Part shown: piece by piece, positions 37,101 through 47,300 of the stretch
Layout: each line of letters starts with the position of its first letter
Numbering within the stretch: the stretch's first letter is position 1
Source: Lama glama
Taxonomy: Eukaryota
DNA: 64,000 nt
NCBI GenBank assembly: GCA_028534125.1
Contig: CM052817.1
Location: 11,100,001 to 11,164,000 of the forward strand
Direction: 5' to 3'
Translations under genes and position numbers: made by a program
The notes under the pieces: model-generated
The model's input: only the letters and a program-made list of their open reading frames with translations
Databases searched by the model: none
What the model was told of the DNA's origin: nothing

Positions 37101-38971
37101 CCTCTGCTACGGCAGCCAGAGAGCAGCCATGGACAGCGCTGAACGAATGAGCGGGGCTGTGTGCCCATTAAACTTCAGACACTGAATTATGAATGTCATA
37201 CAATGTTCAGATGTCACAAAATGGCTACTCCTCTTTTGATTTCTTTTCAACCATTTAAAAATAGGAAATCAGGGGGAGGGTATAGCTCAGTGGTAGACTG
37301 AGTGCTTAGTATGCACGAGGTGCTGGGTTCAATCCCCAGTACCTCCATTAAATAAATAAATAACTTAATTACTTCCCCCCAAAACATACATACATACATA
37401 CATACATACATACATAAATAAAGATGGGAAGTCATTCTTAGCTCTTGGACTGTACAAAAACAGGTGCCAGGCAGGATACCAGGCTTTGAAGAACACAGCA
37501 TCCATTCAAGAACACTCACTACTTCCGTGCACAGCCATGGGGGTATGGAGACAAAGGAAAGGTTCTATCCCCAGGAATGCAGGGCGTCAAGGGTAAGTCA
37601 GCTGGTCAGGTTCACTCCGGTCAAAAGGAACCCACAGTGCCCCCACCGGGGGGGGGGGCGGCACAGCCCTGGCATCTGAAACGCGGGGATTCGGGAGCGC
37701 TGTATTAAAGGTACTGGAAAGAGTAAGAGAAACTCAGAGTACACAGGGGTGCCGGCACAGTGCCTAGCCCTTGGCTAGCGGTCCTTAACTGTTCCCACTG
37801 TCATCACCATCCACCTCTGCAGACCTGGGAAGACATCCCAAATCCAGTCTTCCTCGGGTTCCGAGCAGACAACTGGGGGAAAGGTGGTGTGTTTAGAACC
37901 CACAGAAACATTCCTACATCCGATTGTGAGTGAGAGGAATACCCTGGGTCCCTTTCTCTCTGGTCCCGGCGCACTCTCGCTCAGGCTGCTCCTGCTACTA
38001 AGTAACCATCGCCCACCCACCCAAGGAAAGGTCCCCAGAGCTGCAGCCGAGTATCTGCGCAACAGACACCTGCAGCGAGGAGATACCGGGCGGAGTCTCC
38101 GCCGGGAACGCGCTGGGCCTTGCAGGGCGGCTGGGGTCAGGGTCTCAGTACTGCAACAGCTCCCACCCACTTGCCGCCTTCAGGAAGCGGATGGCTGATT
38201 ATGCAAAGTAGTCAAAAACAGCCTTTGCAAAACAAGCCACCAGCATTTGCGGGGCTGAGCCTTCAAAGTATCAGGCCCGACAGCAGCTGAAGGAACAGGG
38301 TATACATAAATATATAATCAATAATAGCTAACATTTAAACAGCATTTACCACGAGGTAGGTAATTTACAATTTTAGCGCAACATCACCAATTATCTCACT
38401 TAATCCTCACAACTCCCCTAAGGGGTAAATACTATCATTATCCCCATTTCACAGATGAGGAAACAGGTTTGCTGACGTTAAGCAGTCAGTTCAAGTTCGT
38501 AGGACTAGGAACCCGAGTCAGGCAGTGTAATTCCAGAGCCTGCCTTTTGATTATTTCTTCCCGTCCCCTCAACCCCGCTCCTCTTGCTCCCCTTCTGGAA
38601 TTCTCTCCCGAGTCATGCCCGACTTTCCGGGCCCGGTAGAGGCCAAGGAGCAGCCATCCTCCTGCAGAGCAAAGGCCCCACACCTAGGGCCCGGGGTGCG
38701 CAGGTAATTGGAGACAGAACAGACTTGAAGACCTGTGCGTGCACGTGCAGGCACCCATGTCTGGGGGTGCACAGGGGCCCCCAGCTTCCTTCCAGACTGC
38801 CCTCCAGGGCTGCACCGGAAGACCCTCTGCGCCCCAGTCACCACGGTGCCCGCCCTCAGCCCGCCGAGTTACCCAGTTGCGGGCCCGGAACGCCTGCACG
38901 CATTGGGAGCCCAGCGCGCCCCTGCCGCCGTACACCAGCACCCGGCGCGCCTCGCCCGCTGCCGCCGCCAT
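26024..38971 (-). CDS. QDPR: Dihydropteridine reductase, full spliced CDS: complement(join(26024..26129,28748..28831,29965..30073,33805..33945,35571..35667,36645..36737,38873..38971)); 729 nt, 242 aa
   Basis: Spliced translation [24 protein letters not shown]...YGMAK...ELTPVGF* matches mammalian DHPR. It has the Rossmann motif YGGRGALG and the SDR catalytic Y148-x3-K152. Exon lengths 99/93/97/141/109/84/106, all GT-AG, phases consistent. Confidence 0.98.
27225..27381 (+). mobile_element. tRNA-Ala-derived SINE (Vic-1-like) in QDPR intron 6, antisense to the gene
   Basis: GGGTACAGCTCAGTGGTAGAGTGTATGCTTAGCATGCACGAGATCCTGGGTTCAATCCCCAGTACCTCCA followed by AAACCTAATTACCTCCCCCC and an A-rich tail. 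Confidence 0.88.
28748..28831 (-). CDS. QDPR: QDPR exon 6 ([28 protein letters not shown])
   Basis: Acceptor GCTCTGCAG, donor GA|GTGAGT; 84 nt. Confidence 0.97.
   Translation of the reverse strand, partial: GYPGYADEQEINAQGRLQLLDALRIPS
29965..30073 (-). CDS. QDPR: QDPR exon 5 ([37 protein letters not shown]), containing the catalytic YxxxK
   Basis: Acceptor CCCCGTTTCCCAG, donor CC|GTAAGT; 109 nt. Confidence 0.97.
32612..32989 (+). mobile_element. MLT1A0-like MaLR solo LTR (QDPR intron 4)
   Basis: GAGGTAATTAAGTTAAAATGAGGTCATAGGGGTGGGTCCTGATCCAATATGACTGGTGTCCTTATAAGAAGAGGAG...GACTTCCAGCCTCCAGAACTGT. Confidence 0.85.
33805..33945 (-). CDS. QDPR: QDPR exon 4 ([47 protein letters not shown])
   Basis: Branch-like CCTAAC plus TCTCTTCGCTCAG acceptor, donor G|GTAAGC; 141 nt. 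Confidence 0.97.
34045..34132. repeat. Perfect (TG)44 microsatellite in QDPR intron 3
   Basis: 88 uninterrupted bases. Confidence 0.98.
35018..35061. repeat. Tandem duplication of a 22-bp unit (CAAATTACTCTCATAWCATTAA x2) inside an old L1 3' fragment (about 34850-35210)
   Basis: Directly visible; one mismatch. Confidence 0.85.
35571..35667 (-). CDS. QDPR: QDPR exon 3 ([32 protein letters not shown])
   Basis: Acceptor TTTGTGTCAG, donor T|GTGAGT; 97 nt. Confidence 0.97.
36645..36737 (-). CDS. QDPR: QDPR exon 2 ([31 protein letters not shown])
   Basis: Acceptor TTTTCCTCCAG, donor CAG|GTAATT; 93 nt. Confidence 0.97.
37017..37480 (+). mobile_element. MER58B-like hAT MITE interrupted by a SINE
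   Basis: CAGGGGTCTGAAAACTTTTTCCATAAAGGGCTAGAGAGTAAGTATTTTAGGCTTT...CAACCATTTAAAAAT [SINE] CATTCTTAGCTCTTGGACTGTACAAAAACAGG. Confidence 0.8.
37272..37421 (+). mobile_element. tRNA-Ala-derived SINE (Vic-1-like) with a (CATA)n tail, nested in MER58B
   Basis: GGGGGAGGGTATAGCTCAGTGGTAGA...GGTTCAATCCCCAGTACCTCCA; degenerate TSD AAAAATAGGAAATCA / AAAGATGGGAAGTCA. Confidence 0.88.
38320..38545 (-). mobile_element. MIR SINE (one of many; others near 6360-6520, 13100-13310, 13920-14100, 17610-17850, 30470-30660, 31920-32110, 41520-41740, 47740-47890, 49340-49500, 49680-49870, 62030-62200)
   Basis: MIR core TTATCCCCATTTCACAGATGAGGAAACAGG and TAATCCTCACAACTCCCCTAAGG. Confidence 0.75.
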
Positions 38972-39200
38972 CCCGCTCCTCCGGCTCGGCTCCCGCGGCT
39001 CCGAACGCCCCGAGCCCGGACGCTGCGCCCCGCCCCGGCCCGCAACCCCGCCAAGAGGGACCGCGCTGGGGCCGCGCTCCCAGCCGAGCCCGCTGCTGCC
39101 GCCTAGCGTGCGACTACACTCGGCGAGCACCGCCGCGCCCCGCGCCCGGCCGCTCCGCCCCAGGGGTAGGACAGCACCCTCTAGTGCCCCCATATGCCAC
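38680..39200. promoter_or_regulatory. CpG island / TATA-less QDPR promoter and exon 1
   Basis: Very GC- and CpG-dense segment spanning the QDPR ATG; Sp1 GC box GGGGCGGAG on the minus strand at 39153-39161. Confidence 0.88.
38873..38971 (-). CDS. QDPR: QDPR coding exon 1 ([33 protein letters not shown])
   Basis: ATG at 38971-38969 in a strong GGGATGG context; donor TGG|GTAACT at 38872. Confidence 0.96.
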
Positions 39201-41052
39201 GCACTGAGAGAAGTGATCTCTAAGTGCTATTTCATTTTATTTTGCACAACAAATCCTATGACAGATTGGGAAACGGAAACGTGAGAGTCTCAGGCCATTG
39301 CTCAGAAGAGTAGGAATTTGAACCCAAGTCTTCAACAGTGTTCTGCCTAACCACACCTCCATTCTGCACGGAGGAGCTTGGGCTGATTGAAAATCAGTTG
39401 ATTACCTTAGAATTTTGTATTTTTAGCAATTTCTAAAAGTAATTGCTTAACTCCTAAGATACTTAAAGTTGACAGAGGTCCAGGATTTGGGGCAGAGGTA
39501 AGATGCAAAGGTACTACGCGTGGCCTGCCTTCTCAACGCGAGCTTAATGTTACAGCAGGAATAACTAATGTTATTGGTCGCTTACGAATGTGCCGAGCAC
39601 TCTTCTAAGCCTTTTATACGTATTTTGTCATTCATTACCAGAAGAACATTTGCTAAGTCAAGGTCATTGTGATGAAGATCAGCTGTTGTATTTCAAGGAC
39701 CTGATCTTCAGGACCAGCCCTGACATCCAATTTTCTCATGAGAGAGATGGCCGGGGTATCGCATCTCCTGTGAACCACAAAGGGTTGCTGTCAGGGACAA
39801 GCAAGCATATGGTAAAAGCCCTTGTACGCCGCTTCACAAGCTTTGGAGACACTCTTCTTTATTTTCATTGTGGAGAGACCACAGAAGTAAACCCCAATTA
39901 GAGGGAAGACATTTCCATCCCCACGTCCCTCTGTCCCCTCTGTGCTCTCCAAGTGAGGCTGCTGGAACTGCTGTTGGTTAACAACGCACCCCCTGAACTC
40001 CCTCTGAACTTCTGTGACCAAGTAAGGAATTTTACTCTCCCACTTCTGCTCCACGTTGTCCCCCAGAGCCACTGACAGTCTCACAGGACACAAAGTTGAC
40101 ATTCAGCAACAGACTAAAAGTCAAAATTTTAAAGCCATAGTATAAGATAGAAATTAGGGACTATTTCATTCCATGTGCCTGTAAATTATAAGAAAAAGAC
40201 ATCTTCACTCTTAGAAGAGACAAAGACCCCAGCAGGGTGATGGGTGATTACTATTTGCTAACACATTAGAAAAGCACTCTCCCTTCCCATTTCAGATGAC
40301 ATGACAGCAGGGGATGGGGGTGGGGGTTGTAAGCACTGGGGTCCAGGCTGCCCCAGCAGTGCCAAACCCCCTTAGGTTTAACGCTGCAATTTTACCCACA
40401 GCAGACTCACCTAATGATAAATTCAGGAATCATAAAGCCTTGTTTACACATTTCAATTGAAAACACAGATCGCTTCATGGTATTAATAACAGTGCTGGGG
40501 ATTCTGACAGCAGTGACATTTTAGACAAAGAAATGCTTGGACATGCATCAAAGAGATCAACATTTGATACTGCGCATTGTTGGTGATATTCAAATGCTAA
40601 TCATTCCATTTTTGTATTCCTTCTACTGTATGCATTTTTTTAGAATGGTTAGTGTCTCTTTACAGTCAGATTTACCAGGTTTTGCCTGCTAATAACTTCC
40701 TCATCATTAAGAGGTCCACACCAAGGTTATGTAAATACTTGAAACGCGGAACAATTAAACCGTCGGCTGAAACATTAGTCTGGAGGAAGATATAGGGTTA
40801 CATCCTTCAGTAACACACTCCTCTACACTTGAGTCAGGTGAAGACCGTCTCTGTAGAGACTTCCGGATGTGGCTGTAGTAAACATGGGCTGAGGAGGCAG
40901 GCACTGAGGGAGGACCAGGAGATGGACCTGAAATCTTGAATTCGTGTGTTTGAAAGTGCTGACCTTGGAACAGAGGATTGCTGAGTGTGCGGAAGATGTC
41001 ATGGACCCTCGCTACTGCTCGGACACCTGGGGCATGACCTGCACCCCCTAGG

Positions 41053-41305
41053 ATGCCTGGATGGTTCAAAAAGACGTGGTATGGGCTGGCATCCTTACTC
41101 AGCTTCTCCTCCTTCATAATGATCATCATTGCCTTGGCGGTGCCCCACTGGCTGAGTGGGAAAATCCTTTGTCAGACTGGAGTGGACCTGGTCAATGCCA
41201 CGGATCCAGAGCTGGTCAAATTCATTGGGGACATTTACTACGGACTCTTCCGCGGGTGTAAGGTGCGGCAGTGTGGGCTTGGCGGCCGACAGTCCCAGTT
41301 CACAA
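41053..41305 (+). CDS. CLRN2: CLRN2 coding exon 1
   Basis: AGGATGC start; donor ACAA|GTGAGT; 253 nt (phase 1). Confidence 0.96.
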
Positions 41306-44300
41306 GTGAGTATATTAGGGGCATGAAAGCTGCTTTAGAATACTTATTTAAATATTCGTAAGAATGCTTATGTCTAAATGTGTAATTCAAGTGCTGCTTC
41401 AGTGTAAGGCCTAACGAGGAAGTCCACAGTAAGCCAGGGTTCAGCACTTAGAAGAGACCTTTTTTCCCTGCAGAGGCTTACAGAAACACTAGAAATGGGA
41501 TCGGTGTATATTTGTAGTTGACCCCTGTGAATAATCACTATTAAAATATTGAGTGCTCACCTGTGTCAGACCTTCCACCAAGTGCCTTTCATGGCGTGTC
41601 TCTCTTACGCTTTTTAACAAATGTATAAAGAAAAAAATGTTAATGTTCCCACTTTGCAGGGGACTACACTGAGGCTCGGAGAGGTGAAATAACTTGCCTG
41701 GGGTCACTCGGCCAGGAAACAGACCCAGATTTTAGACCCCGGTTGCACACAACGTGGGTATTCTCAGCCAGTCTGGCCCCTGAGTGTAGGCTGCCTGCTG
41801 AAAGGAATCTTCCACTTCTGTTTATAGAAAAGCTTCATTATCTGAGAGAAAGCAAACGGGTTCTGCGTCTGGGCTCTGGAATCAGTCTATCTGGGTTCAA
41901 AGACAACCCGGATGTTTCCTGGCAGGGAGACCTGGGGCAAGATGCTGGGCTGCTATCTGCGAATGTGAGTGTGCAGACCAACCCAGCGGCCATCCAGTGT
42001 CACATCAGAGCAGTTCTGACTGTAAACAGAGAAGGAATCCAAGCCCAGCTTTTGAAGGATCTTCTGGGAAGGAAAAACCAAAACAGAAAAGGCAATATTC
42101 TGCAAGCCTTAGAATCATACCGTTCGATCACTGTGAGAACAGCTTCCTACAAAATCTTAACATATGGCAAATGCAGAGAGATAGGAATTTGATTCATTAT
42201 TTGACTTCTATATTTCAGAATTGTAGTTTTTAGAATCCTGGCCAGGGTGAGTATCTCGTTAAACGTATAGAGACAGAAAGCAGGAACCATTGACAAATAT
42301 AATTATATAAATTGGCATCATTTATACACATGAAGGATATATGTATTTGTTATGTATGCCAAAAAAAAATCTCTGGGAGTATTTATATTTACCCAGAAAT
42401 TAAATTAGACCAGGCATATTGGGAAAATAGCTCTGTTAAAAACAAAACATAAAAAGCTGAAAACACACAATATAAACAAAGAAATAAGAAAGGAAATACA
42501 GAAATTTTTTAAAAGGACATGTTAGAAGGGGACAATGACAACTGTATTCAGTACTTGGTTCTGATCTGGGTCTGTTTGCTATAAAGGATGCCACTGGGAC
42601 AATTGGTGGAATTTGAACAAGGTGTCAGGATTAAACAGCAGTCATTAGTGTTAACCTAGTGATTTTGATAGTTGTATTGTGGTTTTGAGAGATAATATCC
42701 TTTCTGAAGACACAGACCCTGAAGTACTCAGGGATGAAGAGGCAATTTTCCCTCAAGGTTTAGGAAAGAAAGATTTTTTTTTCTTTGTACCGTTCTTGCA
42801 ATTTTTCTGAAGTTTGAGATTGTTTTGAAACCACCCACAAAAAGAATAATTTTAGGGGGAAAGGGCACAATTTTTTAAATAGTTGTGGATAACTGAAATT
42901 AATGAACCTCATGAAAAAAGTTCCACCGCTTGAACAAGGGAGCCACAAATTCAACAGCAGCGATGTTCCAAAGACTTGAATAAGCAAGGCAATGCCCAGG
43001 GAATATAATAAAAATAGCCCATACAATTATATAGTATGCTATATCACGTTACCATCATAACCACCTTCTTACATACTAGATTATTTATCTGTTATGTTTA
43101 TTATTTATTATCTGTCTCCACCTCTTTAGTGTGTAGTGTCATTAGGACAAGGATCTCATCCATTGGTTGATCCCAAGGCCCTAGAACAGTGCCTGGCCCA
43201 CAGTAGGTGCTCAGAAACATTGGTTGAATGAATAATGATAAAGTACTTTTAAACTCTTTTGTACTGAATGGTCGTATGCAAGATGCCAGGCTTGTGACCT
43301 GTGCTATACTAATAAGGCTCAGAGAGGTTAAGCAACTTGCTTAAGGTCTCAGAGCTATGAGTGCTGGAGCCAGGCCCCAACCCAGGACAGCCAACCCCAA
43401 AGGTCCCACCTTTCCACTGTGTGTCATTCCTTTGGGAATCTGAGACTGGCAACTTTCCCAAGGGGTACTGTCACCCTAGTAGTCCTTACCATTCTCCTGG
43501 AATTCAGCAGAGGGTTTTGGGGAGGTGGTGGATGAAGGTGGACTCTCCAGTGTGGGAGGCGGCAGGGTGGACGGTTCCTGTCTGAAATGACCGACGGGCC
43601 ACCCAAACAACTGGGAGGGAGTGTTAGGTTCCTAGGGCTGCCGTAACAAAGTCCCACAAATTCGGTGGCTCAGACACAGAAACAGATTCTCTCACAGTTC
43701 TGGAGGTTAGAAATCTGAAATCAGGTTGTCAATAGGGCCGTGCTCCGTCTGAAACCTCTAGAGGGAGCCTTCCTTGCCTCTTCCAGCTTCCCATAGCCCC
43801 ACACATCACTTGGCTTGTGGCAGCAAAGCTCCAATCCACACGTGGCGTTCTCCCGACATCTCTCCACACCGTCTTCTCTCTGTGCATGTCTCTGTGTCCA
43901 GATTTCCCCTTTGTATAAGGCCACTGGTCTTACTGGATTAGAGCCCACCCTAGTGACCTCGTTTAAACTCGATTACTTGTGTAAAGATCCTACTTCCAAA
44001 TAAGGCCATAAAGTGCTGGGGTGGTTAGGACTTCAACCTTTTTTTTGAGGAAAAAACAGAATGCAACCATAACAGAGGGTGTGGGGTGGCAGACAGGGGA
44101 CCTGGTAGAATTCAGGAAGTCACCAAGCACAAGTGCTGTCTCTGGAGAAGCAGCAAAGCAGAGACGGGCTTTGCAAGAGGAGGAGGGCTGGACAAGAGCG
44201 CCCTTCCACTGCGGTGCTGATTAAACCTGGACATCCCAGCGCACAGGAGGGTGAACCGCCTCTCACTGGAAGCCATAAACAAATGAACACTTTCTGTTTG

Positions 44301-47300
44301 CCCCCTGGAGGGACTCGCTAAATGTCCCTTTCCTTCCTCCCTCTTCCTTCTCAGAGGGATGCCCACAGGAGACAGCACCCTCAGTCCATCTGTGCTCTGC
44401 TCTCTGAAGCATCAAAACTGTATGAGGACATTGTAATTTCAGTTCTGAAGACAATAATATTCAAAATAGTTTTGTTCCTGGCTGCCCGCGGGGGGGGGGG
44501 GGTTGTCCCAGAAGAGAGTATATGAACATCCATTCACAGTGCCTTTGATGTGATTCTTTCTTAAAACTTTCACCAGGAGCTGAGGCAAGTTTCCTCCCAT
44601 GTTTGGTTCCTCTGCTTCTGGTCAGGGATGCCGCAGCTGTTCTAACATTCTCTAGCACTGGAAGTGAGTCTCTCTACCTCTAGATTTACAGCTCCTCAGC
44701 CCCACACAACCTGTGTGAAGCAGCTATGGGGTGTATCGGAATCCCCTCCACCCCAAGCTGGAATCAGGATATACCTGCTTCTGCCACTCACTGTTGACCC
44801 ACCCCTCTCCACAGCACTCCTTATGCCCCGAATTCCTGCTCCCCCATCATCGTAATCTGGTTACTTCTCAATTTTTTATTAAATCAAATCTGGGTATGAG
44901 TTCACATCATTATGTGGATACAATTAATTATTTTTAAAATTTGCATTGTGTGATTGTGCTTTAATTCATTAAATCAATCTCCTATTGATTCATATTTTGG
45001 GTTTTCTCCAATCTTTTACTACCATAGTGAATATCTGTTATATACAGCTTTGAGCACACGTGGGAGTGCTTTTCCTAGTAGTGAAATTGCTTTGATAGAT
45101 GTTACCTAATTCCCCTCTATGAATTAGCCTGTATAAATTAACATCCCTACAAGGTTTGACAGCAGCTCCTTCCCTACACCATCATCAACACGATGTGTTA
45201 GCAAACCTTTTCGTCTTTGCCAATCACATAGGTGATGATTTTCTATTTTAAGTGTTTGGTGAGGATCATTATGCTGGTTATGTGTCCTAAGGATTGCACG
45301 GGCAAGAATGCGGATAATGAAAAAATTAGGTAATCAAGAGTAGGCTACCATGTTTGGAATGAAAAGGAGCTGAGAGTTTGCAACAACAACAACAAAAAAA
45401 AAATCTAAAGGACACTGAGCTATAAGGGAAGGAAATTAAAGAGAGAAGTCCTGCAGAGACAAATCCCTTGGGAAGGAGTTCAATTTTCAGGGTAAAGTTT
45501 CTGAAGCGGATGAGATAGACATGTGGAGATAAATAGACATGGAAACACAGTACTGGAAAGAAAGTTAGATCAGAACTGCAGATGTTTCCATGGAATGTCT
45601 GGAAACTTCTCAGTGGAAAGGATATTTTAAAGGGAGAAGGACAAACATTCTTGCTCTCAGGCTTGGGAGACACCAGCCTTCTATGAATAAAGGTGGGCAG
45701 GTGAACCAGTAAAGGAGCCAGAGGGGAACGGGGTCAGGGAGCGAGTGGAACCAGGAAAGCTTCGAGTCCTGGTTCCCAAGTAGGGGCAAACACAGGCTGG
45801 TCAGTGATATCAAGTAATGAACCAGGGAGGCTGAAGTTCACAAGATGGATCCAGATTTGACCAGGAGGTGTTCAGTAGAAACCTTGGAGTAGTTACAGAG
45901 AAAGGGGTATGCCCAGAAGTTCTTTAACTTTCGTCATTTTAAATCATTCATTTATAGCAACTGAAATCAGTGACTCTGAACTCTGTATACCGTGTGGTAT
46001 ATAGGACTACGGTCCTAGACAGAGTTCAGGGTGCCCTTGCCCAAACACAAGGGACTAAATGTCTCCAAGCCTGTAGGGAAAGGGGTTTAATAAAATCTAC
46101 TTCGTATCCCTGTCATAAGGATTGGATGAGATGACAGATGTAGAGGGCTTGGCCCGTAACTGTGCTCAGTAAATGTTGATTACACTCAATTCATGTACAG
46201 CTGTTGCTATCCCCATTACACTGATGAGGAAACTGAGGCCTGCGGAGGCACATGACCATTCCCAATTCGGAGAGTAAAAACAACAGCAACAACCATGGCC
46301 GCCATTTTTGAGAACTGACAGACAATATTTAAAGACTCCACTATGGTATATCATTGAATCTTCACAGCTAGTCCTTGGTGGCAAATACAGAGAAAAACAA
46401 ATCCAAGTTAATATTTCACTAAATTATCCTGCCACATTAATATGGCAAATTAATATTCTAATAAAGTACTCTGTGCAACATGAGAATTAAATGTCCATCA
46501 TACAGGGGTAATTGATGTCTGGCTCACTGAGTCATTAAGAGGACTGCAAGGTGATGCTCCTGGCTTCACTACAGGACCCTGTCCTAGCATGATTATTCCT
46601 ATGCACTTCACTTGTCCCCCTCAGCATTGTCAAATGTGTAGAAGAAGGAGGATTTAGAAAATCCTATTTTAAATTGTGGCAAGTCAGCAAAGCTGGGGTT
46701 TGAACCCCCAACTTTGGGTGCCTGATCTAGGCTTCCCTTTGCTACACCCTTCTCCACTCTTCAGGAAACACCTGAGACTGCTTCTACCTCCCTGATTTAA
46801 TGAAGGCTACTCTGACCCAGATTAAAGCTTGGTGACCTGCCTTCTCAGACAGATTCTCTTGCCAGCCTCCTTTGCTAAAGAGACACCATCTGGGGCCTGT
46901 GTGGGTCAGCTCACACCAGACCCCAGAGATGCGAGGTCAGTGCAACTTAAATGCCCAGCTGGGGCACATTTTGATTTTGCCTCCACCCCAAGAAAGAGAA
47001 GTGTTGGCCAAGGAACAAGTGGCAAATCTGGAGGCTGTGAATTCATCTCAGGAAGTCTTCTGCTTTTTGAAAGCCCAGCACTTGACCTCACTCCCCTCTA
47101 CTAAGACCTTCATGGTGAGCAAGCTTGGCCGTATGGACTCGAGCCAAGCTCTGACCCTGACGTGTTGGCTGTGTCTTCTCTCCACAGTCTTCCCGCACCT
47201 GCTGAAGGAGCTCAACGCGGGCCTGCACGTGACCATCCTGCTGCTCCTCTTCCTGGCCCTGGCGCTGGCGCTGGTCAGCATGGGCTTTGCCATTCTCAAC

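Noticed and set aside
39108..39135. ZNF143/THAP11 (ACTACA...) bidirectional-promoter motif
   Set aside because: ACTACA is present but the TCCCA core and spacing do not match.
38584..39284. Long plus-strand ORFs (207, 181 and 123 aa) over the QDPR promoter
   Set aside because: Low-complexity Pro/Arg/Ala products expected from stop-poor CpG-island DNA antisense to QDPR exon 1; no recognisable domain.
47111..47143. ATGGTGAGCAAG (EGFP-like start) with AAGCTT and CTCGAG sites, suggesting vector contamination
   Set aside because: Only 12 nt match and no further GFP sequence; it sits seamlessly in CLRN2 intron 1.
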